DNA of 61,395 bases, filler included, from Chiloscyllium plagiosum (taxonomy: Eukaryota): assembly GCF_004010195.1 (NCBI RefSeq). It is 3 parts of one record of this genome, joined end to end, with 100 filler letters (N's around TTAATTAATTAA, not from the genome) between each part and the next. Parts side by side here need not be neighbours in the genome. Positions count along the whole stretch, not along the records: positions 1 to 16,556 come from NC_057713.1; positions 16,657 to 47,439 come from NC_057713.1; 1 more part is not named here. One strand, written 5' to 3'. The translations under genes and the position numbers were made by a program. This document shows, piece by piece, positions 11,111 to 24,421 of the stretch. Position 1 is the stretch's first letter. Every line of letters begins with the position of its first letter. The notes beneath the pieces were generated by a model that did no database searches, was not told the DNA's origin, and saw only the letters and a program-made list of their open reading frames with translations.

Positions 11111-13083
11111 TGTAGGGAGGTGGTCACACCACAGATTAGAAGGCTGAAAGAGAGAATGACTACCAGGCAAAGTTTGAAAACCAAGCAGGTAGTGCAGGAG
11201 AACCTGAGTCCATCATACTGGCAGCATCTTGTTTTGAAAACTAGTGAAGGCAGTATTTCATCACAGAGTGCAGCCAGAGACAAGTCCATCGAACCAAATA
11301 AGCAGTGAAGACAGCGAGACAGAAACTCAATGTGCCTTTCCTGCCAATCAGACTATAGGCAATGAGGCAATTACAGTAGGAAATAAATAAGCCAGACCTC
11401 TAAAACAAAATTGGGTTGGCACATAAATGAAAGAAATGGAGTAGGAGCCAGCCATTTGAAACTTCGAGTCTGTTCTACTGTTTAATAAAGTCATGATGGA
11501 TCCTTGACTTCAGCTCCGCTTCCTGAACCCATTCTGTGGATAGGGGTTTGTGCTAAAGCAAGCAAGCTGTGGAAACTGTAAATAAACACTTTGCTGAAGC
11601 AGCACATAATCAGAGATATAAGAATGCAGAAGGAGCAGTGGACATTGAATGGCTCAATAACAAACAACGAGATCTCAATTAACACCCAAAGAGTCATTTC
11701 TGTTCTGCATTCAATTATGTACCGGTATCTCCAAGAAACTTTTCCCTGCTCTGTTACTGCTTTTTATCAAATGTAACAATCAACCAGACAGGAAGATGTG
11801 CAGAGAGCAGCGAGGGAGGTTTTAGCAACAAAACCCTCACATCCCCCTTAGACTATAAAACCATAAGAAACAGAAACAGGAGTATGCCATTCGGTCCCTT
11901 GAGTCTGCTTCATTATTCAACAGGAGCACGACTGATCCAACATTTCTCACAACCACCTTCCTGAGTTTTCCCTTTAACACCAGATTCCCTTTCTGAGCGA
12001 GAATCTATCTAAATACACATAAGGACTCTGTCTCCACAGTTCTTTGTGGCAAAGGTTGACAACCCACTGAAAAAGGAAATTCTTCCTCATCTGTATTCAA
12101 TTAGCATCCCTTAATTCTGAGACTATGCCCTCTGGTCCTGGACTCTCCCACAAGGGAGAAACATTCTCTCAGCATTTAACCTGTCAAGCCCGTTAAGAAT
12201 TCTATGTTTCAGTGAGATCACCTCTCATCCTTCTATATTCCAATGAGTAGAGACCCATCCTGTTTAGCCTTTGTTCATAAGATAATCCTTTCATAGCAGG
12301 GATCATCCTAGTAAACCTTCTTTGAATTTTCCTTAAATAAGACCAAAACTGCTCTCAGTACCCCAGGTGTATCTTCTTCAGCACCTGTATTTCCTATAGA
12401 AGTGCAGCAGCTGGAACAGAAAATTGCTGAAAAACTCAGGAGCCAGTAGTATGTGTCAGTAAATCCATCAATCGCTTAGAATGGACAATTGCAGGAGAGT
12501 GGCATCAGAATGAGTGGAATACCAAAGGATGCTGGGACAGAGGAGAATCAGAAAATGTTTGTACCATAGAAGATGGCCATTTAGCCCATTGTAACTGCAC
12601 TGGCTTTCAAAAGAAGCATCATGACCTCGTGCCAATTTGCCCCTCTTTTCCTCCGTCTCCCCTGTCTTTTGAGGAACAGGCAGGAAAGTGGTATTTAGGT
12701 GGAGATGAAATCAGCCATGATTGTGTTAAATGGCAGAGAGGCTAGACAGGCTGAACTGTTTACTCCTGCTCCTAGTCCTCACATTCTTATCACATTGTAT
12801 GTTATTTTTATTTAAATCTAACACCTTCATGGATGCTTTGATTGAACTCCATACCCTCTGATACACAGGAGCCTGAATGCCATCCTCTCTTATTCTGATT
12901 CCCCTGTAGTTTCAGACACATCCAACACTAGTCCCTTTGCTCTGTGCTGTGGGACCATATATCCAGCTCAAACAAGCTCTGACCAACAATGGAAGTGAAC
13001 AGTAAAACTCAAAAATTTCTGTAAAAGGGAAAAGGAAATAAAATGTCAAAAAGCAAAAAGAACACAGTGATTTTCCTTTCACT

Positions 13084-13089
13084 TTTATT
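13084..13089 (-). terminator. Candidate polyadenylation signal (AATAAA) of the minus-strand gene
   Basis: TTTATT on + lies about 610 nt downstream of the TGA at 13700, at the end of a repeat-free stretch, and is followed on - by U/GU-rich sequence. Confidence 0.4.
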
Positions 13090-13699
13090 AGCAGTCATTT
13101 TTATCAAGAGGAAGAGGAAAAGGCACAGACATCCAATTTGACAAGGCTATGCAGAGCCTTTGTCAAGACTGCCTCCCTCACACCCACATATCACAGACAG
13201 GTAAGTTATACACATTACAGGTTTATGACAGTGTCCAATGAAAATTATGCTCTTCTCTCACGGCAAAACACACAGACACAAAAACATCATCTTCCAACAG
13301 TTCTGCCTTCCTGGAGTATTAAACAGTCATGCAGACTCCACATGCTCCAATGCACTTTTCTTTTTATAGAAATGGTTTCATGCAGTGCGACGGCACATCC
13401 CACTGAGCACTCAGCTAACGATGAAAGCAGGCAGCATTGAGCCTAAGAATCCTGATGAACATACACACAACTGCATCTGTGAAACCCCACCAACAGTGCA
13501 GGTTGCATTCATTTTTACAGTTAGAATCAACTTCAGTACATGGAAGAACACTCAGGCCAGCTCACAAAGTGACTGGTTGTATTTCAGCAAATTCACATAA
13601 ACTATATTTTGGGCAATCAGCTAAGACCCACACCCCTGAGTATCTATTCCACTCTCCTGTAACATTGAAGCTGAGACCAGAGATCACTGCACCACTCCT

Positions 13700-13794
13700 T
13701 CAGGACTGCAGATGGAAATGGAATCCTGCCTCAGCAAACAGGCGCATCTTCTCTAAAATGTAGTCTGCATTGAATGAAGAACTATGAGAATCAG
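13700..13794 (-). CDS. Putative terminal coding exon of an unidentified gene
   Basis: Acceptor CTTGACCCTCCTGTTAG|CT, phase 1. Encodes (A)DSHSSSFNADYILEKMRLFAEAGFHFHLQS*. The phase fits the 21104-21201 exon, and a unique 3'UTR-like region with AATAAA follows. Confidence 0.55.
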
Positions 13795-14206
13795 CTAACA
13801 GGAGGGTCAAGTCTATATTCAATACGTGCAAATATAAGAATGAGGCACCCCATTCAATAAGATCATGGCTGATCTGATTACTCCACATTCTCACTTCTCC
13901 TACCTCTAACAATCTTTCAGTTACCATTTGGCTAACTTTAGTTCCACATATTAAATTAATTCAAATTCCACAATCTGCCATGATGGAAATTTAACCTGCG
14001 TGCTGGGAGCATTAAGCCGGGAGTTCTGGATGACTACTTAGGGGCTATTACCATTAAGCCATCAGCTCAAAAATAGGATATGAAAACTAAAAATAAGGCT
14101 CAGAACAAGTGCAACATTCCTCGAAAAGATTTGGAATAGCAGAAATTTCTGTACTTCTTTCAGATTTTGAGTAATCGCAGATTATTATTTCATCTGACTA
14201 CTCGTA

Positions 14207-15030
14207 CCTCAGTGTGTACAGCATGTCTGTTCCAGTCTCAGTGTTTCTATTCCTGTCTCAGTGTGTACAGCATGTCCAATCCTGTCTCAGCCTGTACAGT
14301 GTGTCTGCTCCTTCTCATTTATTAGTGTCCATTCCTATCTCAGTGTGGACGGCACTTCTGTTCCTATCTGTGTACAACAGACACAACAGTGTCCGTTCCT
14401 GTCTCAGTGTGAACAGCGTGTCTAATCCTGCCTCAGTGTGTACAGCATGTCTAATCCTGTCTCAGCCTGTACAGTGTATCTGCTCCTGTCTCATTTATTA
14501 GTGTTCATTCCTATCTCAGTGTGGACAGCACTTCTGTTCCTGTCTGTGTACCACATGTCCAATCCTGTCTCAGTATGTACAGTGTGTCTGTTCCTGCCTC
14601 AGTGTGTACAACGTTTCTGTTCCTGTCTCAGTGTGTACAACATGTCCAATCCTGTCTCAGCCTGTACATTGTGTCTGTTCCTGTCTCAATGTGTACAGCG
14701 TATCTACTCCTTGCTCAGTGTGTACCGTGTTTCTAATCTGTCTCAGCCTGTACAGTGTCTGCTCCTGTCTCATTTATTACAGTATCTATTCCTGTCTCAG
14801 TGTGTACAGCGTGTCTGTTCCTGTCTGTAGCATATAGCATCTGTTCCTGTCTCAGCATGTACAGCCTCTGTTCCTGTATGTTTTTACCGCATGCCTGCCC
14901 GTGTATCAGTGTGCACACTGTCTCTGCCTGTGTGTAGACAGTGTCTCTGCTTATGTGTCATTATGTACAGTATTTCTCCTTATGTGTCAGTATGTACGGT
15001 TCCTTTGCTCATGTGCCACTGTGTGGAATG
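14207..15030. repeat. ~29-bp minisatellite (CCTGTCTCAGTGTGTACAGCATGTCTAAT-like)
   Basis: Visible tandem periodicity (e.g. CCTGTCTCAG at 14252 and 14281), decaying toward the 3' end. It explains the Cys/Ser/Val-rich ORFs here. Confidence 0.9.
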
Positions 15031-16189
15031 TCACCAATTATATTCATTCTTCATATACCTCCCAGTCCTGGGACCTGGTTGCACTAAGACTCTATTTACT
15101 GTACACTATGTGTGATGATTGTCAAGTTTTTGATTCAGTCCTTTTGGTGACATTACTTCTATATTTTAGAAGAGTAATTCTATTCAATACAATTGGTTTG
15201 CTAGCTCATTCAAGAAGCACAAGAAAAGAATCAGTGCAGCCAGACAATAATGACAAGATAAATGAACAGATTTATTGGATTTAACTTAGTAAATTAATAG
15301 GCTAGGATTGCACCCACTGTATCTTGGAAGGCCATACAGGATCAATATTATATTACTGCAATGAGATTACATCTTTATAAACAGAGCGCAGTGCAAATAA
15401 AAACTAGGACATGTTTTGAGAGAGACTTGGACCTGTGATGAGCTGCAGGTTGGGTCAGCAAGCGGAGGGGGGAGCGGCAGGATCTCAGATTTTCTTTCCA
15501 GAAGTGCATGAGTGAATCAGATGAGTTGCTAACTGCCATGGTAGGTTCTGAACCCATTAGCCTGAACCTCTAGATTAATAGTTCAATAAAATTATGACCG
15601 CTCCATCAACTGCTCCATTTCAGGCAATTCCTGTGAGAAGCCACAATTTCAGAAAAATGTAGGAATGTCAAAACTGGCTCCTCAGATGATCTTACTCGAT
15701 ATTCGGAGTCAACAGGACAAAAGTATATTCAACAGTGACTCAGACTTGAACTTGTGAACAAATTTATTCAAGAGTAAAGGAATAATGAATGGACACAATA
15801 ACAGGGGATTCTCCAGTAGCCGTTACTTGGAGGGGAATGCAGCATGGCTAATACTGTTCTCAATACTTAACCACATACGTGTTGATCACTGGATAGTGAT
15901 CACAGCAGGAACTCCAAACATTTTCCCCCTTCAAGAAGGCAGGAGCTTTGGGAATAAGAGCAGAGGTTGGTCCCTTGAGCATGCTCTGTCATTCTTTTGT
16001 GAATACAATCAGAATTCAGATGTGTCAGGGAAGTCTGATCTTCCACCTTTAGCCCTATACTCACAATTCTTCAAGTCCAAAAACCTGTCTATATATCAAA
16101 GATAATGCCCCAACCACTGTTTGTGATAATTCCTCCAGCACATGTCCAGATTCCTCTCAATTCTTCAGATAAGTTGATGGTATTAGGCA

Positions 16190-17030
16190 AGAACTTTCAA
16201 AAGCTAATTGGAGGCAGATGTTCGCAGGAAAAGGGACGGCTGGAAAATAAGAAACCTTCAGAAATGAGATAACAAGAATCCAGAGAAAGTATATTCCTGT
16301 CAGGCTGAAAGGGAAGGCTGGTAACTATAGGGAATGGTGGATGACTAAAGAAATTGAGGGTTTGGTTAAGAAAAAGAAGGAAGCATATGTCAAATACAGA
16401 CAGGATAGATCGAGTGAATCCTTAGAAGAGTATAAAGAAAGTAGGAGTACACTTAAGAGGGAAATCAGGAGGGCAAAATGGGGACATGAGATAGCTTTGG
16501 CAAATAGAATTAAGGAGAATCCAAAGGGGTTTTACAAATATATTAAGGACAAAAGGNNNNNNNNNNNNNNNNNNNNNNNNNNNNNNNNNNNNNNNNNNNN
16601 TTAATTAATTAANNNNNNNNNNNNNNNNNNNNNNNNNNNNNNNNNNNNNNNNNNNNTTATAGAGGTTTACAAAATTATGAGGGGCATGGATAGGATAAAT
16701 AGACAAAGTCTTTTCCCTGGGGTCGGGGAGTCCAGAACTAAAGGGCATAGGTTTAGGGTGAGAGGATAAAGATATAAAAGAGACCTAAGGGGCAACTGTT
16801 TCACGCAGAAGGTGGTACGTGTATGGAATGAGCTGCCAGATGATGTGGTAGAGGCTGGTACAATTGCAACATTTAAGAGGCATTTGGCTGGGTATATGAA
16901 TAGGAAGGGTTTGGAGGGATATGGGCCGGGTGCTGGCAGGTGGGACTAGATTGGATTGGGATATCTGGTCAGCATGGACGGGTTGGGCCGAAGGGTCTGT
17001 TTCCATGCTGTACATCTCTATGACTCTATA
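16190..17030 (+). mobile_element. CR1 LINE spanning an assembly gap
   Basis: WMTKEIEGLVKKKKEAY..IKENPKGFYKYIK before the gap, and a CR1 3' end ending CTCTATGACTCTAT after it. Confidence 0.85.
16557..16656. other. 100-nt assembly gap containing a synthetic TTAATTAATTAA linker (16601-16612)
   Basis: N44-TTAATTAATTAA-N44; the linker has stops in all six frames. The same structure occurs at 47440-47539. Confidence 0.95.
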
Positions 17031-17577
17031 AGGAATTACTCAAAGCCCATCATTGTTCTAAATAACAACAAACTTGTACATAAACAACACATGGGCAAAT
17101 GTTCCATAAATCTGTTTTCAAATAATGGTTATCAAGAAAAATAGCTGCTGTTCCTCCAAGTGTACCATGGGACCAGTGTTGCTCAAAGATGCGTGTAGGA
17201 GAAATGGGTTCCCACTCGTGGCACTAATGCTGGGGAACATGAGACCTGTCCAACCTGAACCATCATTGAACTTGGTCTCATGAACCACAAAACTCCAGAA
17301 GATTATGAGTTACAGAAGCAAAGAGTGCATTAAACTAAACAATAGGGTGAGGGATCAGTTCTGAAAAAGAGTCGCATCAGACATAAAATGTTATCTCTGT
17401 TTCTCTCTGCACATGTTCTGCCAGACCTGCTGTGTTTCTCTGGTATTTTCAGTGTTTGTTCCAGATTTCAAGCATCCCCAGAATGTTGCTTTCATTGGGC
17501 GGGATAGGGTAGGATAGAGGAGTAGGTGGGACTGACTGAGGGATCTAGCTTGGGTAATTATAACAGATCAAATAATA

Positions 17578-17716
17578 GAGGCAAATGTGAGGACTGCAGA
17601 TGCTGGAAATCAGAGTCTTGATTAGAGTGGTGCTGGAAAAGCTGAGCAGGTCAGGCAGCATCCGAGGAGCAGGAAAATCGATATTTCGGGCAAAAGCCCT
17701 TCATTAGGAATGAGGC
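17578..17716 (-). mobile_element. Short PLE-derived insert with a mutated hammerhead core
   Basis: The reverse complement reads ATTCCTAATGAAGGGCTTTTGCCCGAAATATCG...CCAGCATCTGCAGTCCTCAC, the same family as 7421-7553. Confidence 0.8.
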
Positions 17717-17719
17717 CTC

Positions 17720-20002
17720 AACTCTCTGACCTCTGCTATACTCATGGAGAGGGATAGGAGCAGAGGGTATAGGAAAGTATTTAATTGGGAGTGGGAGAAT
17801 TATAATGCTATTAGACAGGAATTGTGGAGCATAAATTGGGAAGAGATATTCTCAGGGAACTGCACGACAGAAATGTGGAGTTTGTTTAGGGAGTACTTGC
17901 TGCAAGTGCTGGACAGGTTTGTCTCACTGAGGCAAGGAAGGGATGATAGGGTGAAGGAACGTTGCGTGACAAGGGATTTGGAACATCTAGTCAACAGGAA
18001 AAGGAAGCTTACTTAAGGTTGAAGAAGCAAGGATCAGACAGGGCTCTAGAGGGTCACAAGGTAGCCAGGAAGGAACTGAAGAATGGATTTAGGAGAGCTA
18101 GAAGTTGGCATGAAAAAGTGAGGAACAAGAGGGTGGCCAGAGTGAGGGTCGGGGGTAGTGGAGGGATAGTGGAGGGAATTTATGCCCGGAGTCAGAGGTG
18201 GTGGGGAGGTCCTTAATGAATACTTTGCTTCGGTATTCACTACTGAGAGGGGCCTTATTGTTTGTGAGGGCAGTGTGAAACAGGCTGATGTGCCTGAACA
18301 GGTTGATGTTAAGGAGGAGAATGTGCTGGAAATTTTGAAAAACATAAGGAGGGTAAGTCTCCTGGACCAGATGGGATATACCCAGGGTGTCTACGGGAAG
18401 TGAGGGAAGAGATTGCTGCGCCTTCGGCAATGATTATTCTGTCCTCACTGTCCACAGTCCACCGAGCAGATGATTGGAGAGTAGCAAATCTTATTCCCTT
18501 GTTCAAGAAAAGGAATAGCGATAGGCCTGGGAATTATAGACCAGTCAGTCTTAGTCGGTGGTGGGCAAATTAGTGGAGGGGATTCTGAGAGACAGGATTT
18601 ATGATTATTTGGAAAAGCACAGCTTGATTAGAGATCGTCAGCATGGTTTTGAGAGGGCCAGGTCATGAGTCATAAACTTTATTGAATTCTTTGAGGATGT
18701 GACAAAACACATTGATGAAGGTAGAGCAGAGGATGTGGTGTATATATAAGACCATAAGATATAGGAGTGGAAGCAAGGCCATTCAGCCTATCGAGTCCAC
18801 TCTGCCATTTAATCATGGGTGATGGGCGTTTCAATTCCACTTACCCACACTCTCCCCTAAAATATGGATTTTAGGAAGGCATTTGATAAAGTTCCCCATG
18901 GTAGGCTGATTCAGAAAGTAAAGAGGCATGGGATACAGGGAAATTTGGCTGTCTAGATACAGAACTGGCTAGCCCATAGAAGACAAAGGGTGGTATGTTG
19001 ATGGAACTGAAGCTCGGTGACCAGTGGTATTCTGCAGGGATATGTTCTGGGACCTCTCCTCTTTGTGATGTTTATAAATGACTTGGATGAGGAAGTGGAA
19101 GGGTGGGCTTGTCAGTTTGCTGATGATACGAAGATTGCGGAGTGATAGATAGTGTGTCAGGCTGTTGTAGGTTGCAACGAGACCTTGGCTTGAGAAGTGG
19201 CCGTTGGAGTTCAATCTGGAAAACTGCGAAGCGATTCATTTTGTTCGGTCGAATTTGAATGCAGAATACAGGGTTAAATGCAGGTTTCTTGGCAGTGTGG
19301 AGGAACAGAGGGATCTTAGGGTCCACGTCCATAGTTCCTCAAAGTACCTACCCAAGTTGAATAGGGTTGTCAAGAAGGCATATGGTGTGTTGGCTTTCAT
19401 TACTGGGGGATTGAGTTTAAGAGCCGTGAGGTTATGCTGAAGCTCTATAGAGCCCTGGTTAGACCATACTTAGAATATTGTGTTCAGTTCTGGTCACCTC
19501 ATTATAGGAAGGATGTGGAAGCTTTACAGAGGGTGCAGAGGAGATTTACCAAGATGCTGCATGGACTGGAAGGCACATCATATGAAGAAAGGTCGAGGGA
19601 GCTCGGGCTTTTCTTATTGGAGCAAAGAAAGGTGAGAAGTGACCTGATAGAGGTACACATGATAATGAGAGATATAGGCAGAGTGGATAGTCAGAGATTT
19701 TATCGCAGGGCCGAAATGGCTATCGGGGGGAGGGAGGGGGGGGCATAGTTTTAAGGCAATTGGAGGAAGGTTTAGGGGAGATGTCAGAGATAGGTTCTTT
19801 ACGCAAAGAGTGGTGAGTGCATGGAATGCATTGCCAGCAGTGGTAGTGAACTGAAAAACATTAGGGACATTTAAGTGGTAGGCACATGGGTGGTAGTAAA
19901 ATGAAGGGTATATAGGTTAGTTTGATCTTAGAGTAGGATAAAAGGTCAGCACAATATCGAGGGCGGAAGGGCCTGTACTGTATTGTACTGTTCTCTGTTC
20001 TA
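17720..20002 (+). mobile_element. CR1 LINE ORF2 (endonuclease tail, RT, 3'UTR), degenerate
   Basis: EVLNEYFASVFT, DWRVANLIPLF, LVRPYLEYCVQFWSPHYRKDVEAL, and the tail GTACTGTTCTCTGTTCT. Confidence 0.9.
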
Positions 20003-20143
20003 AACTACCACTGAACCAAATACCTTGCTGAACCAATTCATAGAACAGTCAAGAGGCAACCACATTGATGTGGATCTGGAGTTACATGAAGAGCAGACCA
20101 GCTAAGGAAGACAGATTTCCTTTCTGAAGGACAATCAGAAGGT

Positions 20144-20350
20144 GTGGCATGGTGGCTCAGTGGTTAGCACTACTGCCTCACAGTGCCAGGGACCCAGGTT
20201 TGATTCCACCCTCCAGCAATTGTCTGTGTGGAGTTAGCACCTGCACCTCGTGCCTGCGTGGCTTGCCTCCAGGTGCTCGGTTTCCTCCCACAGTCGCAAA
20301 GATGTGTAGCTTAGGTGGGTTGGCCATGCTAAATTGCCCTGTAGTGTCCA
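20144..20350 (+). mobile_element. HE1-type tRNA-derived SINE nested in an antisense Deu/SacSINE1-like SINE
   Basis: tRNA-like head (TGGCTCAGTGGTTAGC; GGTTTGATTCC) followed by the V-SINE-like core CTGTGTGGAGTT.GCA...CCAAAGATGTG..GGTTAGG. The host SINE spans about 20050-20480 on the - strand. Confidence 0.85.
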
Positions 20351-20848
20351 TGTCATCAGTGAACCAGATGTATATTTAGTTACATTGTTACCATTAGATC
20401 ACCAATACTTCCAAATTTTTATTGAATTCATTTTTCACCATCTGCCAGGGTGGGATTTGAATTCACGTTCCTAGAACACTACTCTCCTACCAGAAAGTAT
20501 TGCAACTTCACTTGAATTCAATGCTGGTATCCTGTAGCCCAGTCCAAACCTAGGTTCTGGCATATTGTTGTTCAAATATGGACACTCCAACCAACAGCAT
20601 CCATACATTCTATTACTACAGTGTATCACTAATACAGGTGTCTCTCAATTATAAATTGGGAAGAATGTATTAATAAGCCTCTGTTTCAACCACCGTTGCT
20701 ACTACAAGAAAACAAGAGGATGCTAGAACTTATCAGCTTGATGAGTACCTCAATACCAGTAATTAAAATGCCACACTGTGAAAAGGCAAACAGCCCTGCA
20801 GTGAAGTTGTCACAATTAAATTCCAAGAAGTGTGTATGAAAAAGGTGT

Positions 20849-21010
20849 CATGATTTGGAGATGCCGGTGTTGGACTGGGGTGTGCAAAGTTAAAAATCAC
20901 ACAACACCAGGTTATAGTCCAACCTGATGAAGGAGCGTCGCTCCGAAAGCTAGTGTGCTTCCAATTAAACCTGTTGGACTATAACCTGGTGTTGTGTGAT
21001 TTTTAACTTT
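20849..21010. mobile_element. Second-family PLE-derived fold-back insert with an intact hammerhead core
   Basis: Inverted arms 20886-20923 and 20973-21010. Core CTGATGA-A-GGAGC GTC GCTCC-GAAA-GCTA at 20924-20952. TSD AAAAAGGTGT at 20839-20848 and 21012-21021. Confidence 0.85.
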
Positions 21011-21103
21011 AAAAAAGGTGTGTGTACGTGCATACACATATACAGGCACACACACATTCACTAGGTAACCTCTGTGAAACCAATGTACGGACAGCTCTTT
21101 AAC

Positions 21104-21201
21104 CTGAAAATTCACTCTCGTAAAATTCTTGAAGTAATTTACAAAAGTCTGTCACCTTGAACATATTCAGCCCACTTATACCTAATACATGGACCCTGTA
21201 C
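21104..21201 (-). CDS. Putative penultimate coding exon of the unidentified minus-strand gene
   Basis: Acceptor TAATTTCATGTCTTTTGGCAG|G, donor CAG|GTTAAA. The 98-nt exon is open as YRVHVLGISGLNMFKVTDFCKLLQEFYESEFS, phase 2 to phase 1, and sits in a unique island between repeats. Confidence 0.55.
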
Positions 21202-21486
21202 CTGCCAAAAGACATGAAATTAATAACTGAGGGGAGGCAAAGGTCTGTTGGTACGAAGACCATATGAAATAAGAACAAGAGTAGGCCACTCAGCTGCTCA
21301 ATAGAATCATTGCTAATCTGACTTTCCTCACGTCCACTTTCCTGCCCTTTCTCCCTCACACCAGATTCTCCTACTGATCAAGAACCTATTGATTTCAGCC
21401 TGAAACATACACAAGGCCCCTGGCCCAACAGTCCTCCCTGGAAAGGAGTTCCAAACACTCAACTCATAGAAGAGTTTCCTCCTCAT

Positions 21487-21821
21487 GGGGCAGCATGGTG
21501 GCTCAGGGGTCAACACTGCTGCCCCACACAGCCAGCAACCCAGGTTCGATTCCAGCCTCGGGTGACTGTGTGGATTTCACATATTCTCCCCTTGTCTCTG
21601 TGGGTTTCCTCCAGGTGCTCTGGTTTCCTCCCACAATCCAAAAGATGTGCAGATTAGGTGAATTGGATGTGCCAAATTGCCCAAATTGTTCAGGGATGTC
21701 TCGGTTAGATGTATTAGTCAGAGGTAAATATAGGGAAAGGGAATGCCTCCAGGTGGTTTACTCTTCGGAGAGTCAGTATGGACTTATGGCGAAGGGCCTG
21801 TTTCGACACTGTAGGGATTCT
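21487..21821 (+). mobile_element. Full-length HE1-type SINE
   Basis: A box TGGCTCAGGGG, B box GGTTCGATTCC, V-SINE-like core, and the CR1-derived tail GGCGAAGGGCCTGTTTC.ACACTGTAGGGATTCT. Confidence 0.88.
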
Positions 21822-22833
21822 AAAACAAATATCAGTCTTAAACTGGCATCCCTTTATTCTGAGACTGTATCCTCTCGCCCTCAACTCTCCCATGAGGGGA
21901 AACATCATCTCAGCATTTATCCTGCCAATCTTCTTAATAATCCTGTATGTTTCAATGAGATGACCTCTCATTCTCCTAAATCCCAGTGAGTACAAGCCCA
22001 ATCTGTTTAGCTTTTGCTCATAAAACCATCTTTCCATACCATGGATCATCCTAGTGTAACCTTCTCTGAAATGCCTCCAATGAAATGATATATTTTCTTC
22101 AATAATGGTTCTAAAACTGCTCTCAGAACTCCAGATATGGTCTCAGCAGCACCTTGTATAGATACAGTAAGACTTCCTTGCTCTTATACTCCAGCCACCT
22201 TGAAATAAGGGCTAACATTCCATTCCTGTTGCACCTACATGCGAGCTCCCTATGTCTCGTGGTCAAGTATCACTGGGTAGATTTTTGAGAGCTAGTACAT
22301 TCACAATGAGCCAAATGGCGCCCTTCTGTACTGTGAAATTCTATGATTCTAAGTTTCTCTGTGTTGCAGCTTTCGATAGGTTTTTCTCCATTTAAATAAT
22401 ACTGTTCTTTTGTTCTCTCTTCCAAAAACAACTTCACATTTTCCCACATGATACTAAATTTGCCATCTTTTGTCCACTGACATAACCTACCATTTGCATC
22501 CTCTTACAACTTGCCTTTCCACCGAGTGATTTACAATTGAGTGGCTTGCAAGGCAATTTCAGAGGGCAATTAAGAGTAAATTGTAATACTGTAGATTTGG
22601 AGTTAAATGTAAGCCAAACAAAATAAGCATGCCAGTTTTTCTTCCCAAAATAATAATAGTGAACTTGGGGAATTTTTACAACAGTCAAGAATGTCTGCAT
22701 AGTACTGTTAATTCAAGACTTTAATCTGAATTGAAATTCCACAATCTATCGTGGTAGGATTTGAACCTATTTGTTTTTGCATTACCAGTCCAGAGACAAT
22801 ACAACTGCACCATCACTTCCTCCAAGAGTAACA

Positions 22834-24070
22834 AAAGGAGTCATAGATGTACAGCACAGAAACAGACCCTTCAGTCCAAACCATCCACATCAAACCTTCC
22901 TATTCATATACCCATCCAGATGTCTTTTAAATGTTGTAATTGTATTCACCTCCACCACTTACCCTGGCAGTTCATTCCATACACCCACCACCCTCCGTGT
23001 GAAGAAGTTCCCCCTTATGTCCCTTTTAAATCTTTCCCCTCACACCTTACGCCCTCCTATTTTGGACTTTCTTACTCTGGGGCAAAGATCTTGACTATTC
23101 AGCCTATCCATGCCCTTCATGATTTTATAAATTTCTATAAGGTCACCCCTCAGCCTCCGACACTCCTGAGAAAATAGCTCCAACTATTCAGCCTCTCCCT
23201 ATCGCTCAAACCCTCCAATCCTAGCAACGTCCTTGTAAATCGTTTCTGAACCCTTTCAAGTTTAACAACATCCTGTGTATAGCAGGAAGACCAGAATTAA
23301 ACACAGTATTCCAAATGTTCTGAACAGCCACAACATGACCTCCCAACTCCTATACTCAATGCACTGACCAATAAAGACAAGCATACCAAACATCATCATC
23401 ACTATCCTATCTACCTGCGACTCAACTTTCAAGGAGCTATGAACCCGCACTCCAGGTTTCCTTTGTTCAGTAACACTCCCCAGGACCTTACTATTAAGTG
23501 TATAAGTCCTGCCCTGATTTGCTGTACATAAATGTAGCACCTGACATTTATCTAGATTAAACTCCACTGGCCACCTTTCGGCCCATCGGCTCATCTGATC
23601 AAGGTCTTGTTGTATTCTGAGGCAATGTTTTTCACTGTCCACTACACCATCAATTTTGTTGTCATCTGCAAATTTACTAACCTCTCTTCCTCTATTCACA
23701 TCTAAACCATTTATATAGATGACAAAAAGCAGTGGGCCAAGCACTGACCCTTGCAGACACAGCTGGTCATAGGCCTCCAGTCTGAAAAACAGCCCTCCAC
23801 CATCATTTATCTCTGAGCTTCAGCCACTTTTGAATCCAAATGGCTGGTTCTCTCTGCGATCTGATCTTGTTAACCAGTCTACTGTGAGGAACCTTGTCGA
23901 ACGCCTATATGAAATCCATATAGACTAGACAAAGTCCACTGCTATGCCTTCATCAATCCTCTTCATCACTTCTTCAAAACTCAACAAGTTAGTGAGACAT
24001 GATTTCCCACACACAAAGCTATGTTGACCATCCCTAATCAGTCATTGTCTTACCAAATACATGTAGATAC
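22834..24070 (-). mobile_element. CR1 LINE RT and 3' end
   Basis: The minus-strand ORF reads LGPLLFVIYINGLD..SKFADDNK..FNLDKCQVLH. Confidence 0.9.
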
Positions 24071-24084
24071 AGCGTTTAGTGTTT

Positions 24085-24421
24085 TTTATTCATTCATGGG
24101 GTGTGGGTGTCAATGGCTCGGCCAGCATTTATTGCTCATCCTGAATTGCTCAGAGGGTAAAAGTCAACCACCATGCTGTGGATCTGGAGTCAGATGTAAC
24201 ACAAACCTGTTAAGATGGTAGTAGCTTGACCTAAACATCATCAGTGAATCAAATGGGTTTTTCCAATAATTGACAATGGATTCATTAATTCCAGATTTTT
24301 TTATCGAATAAAAATTCTACCACCTGTTGTGGCAGGATTTGAACTTGGGTCTCTAGAACATTACCTGGGTCTCTATATTTAACAGTCCAATGATGATACC
24401 CCTAGGCTCTCATCTCCCCAT
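24085..24421 (-). mobile_element. Deu/SacSINE1-like SINE; other copies near 20050-20480, 22540-22825, 39880-40250 and 44150-44471
   Basis: On - there is a tRNA-like head (GGGGAGATGA..CCTAGGGGTATC..CCAAGTTCAAATCCTGCC), a conserved core (GACTCCAGATCCACAGCA.TGGTTGACT) and the tail AATAAATGCTGGCC..GACACCCACACCCCATGAATGAAT shared with a CR1-like LINE. Confidence 0.75.

Noticed and set aside
14214..15284. Cys-rich ORFs resembling keratin-associated or metallothionein proteins
   Set aside because: They are translations of the 29-bp minisatellite and are open in several frames.
16601..16612. Palindromic TTAATTAATTAA as a biological motif
   Set aside because: It is centred in N-runs of fixed length twice, so it is a scaffolding linker.
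20144..21560. tRNA genes at 20144 and 21487
   Set aside because: The tRNA-like heads run straight into a SINE core and LINE-derived tail, and no clean cloverleaf is evident.
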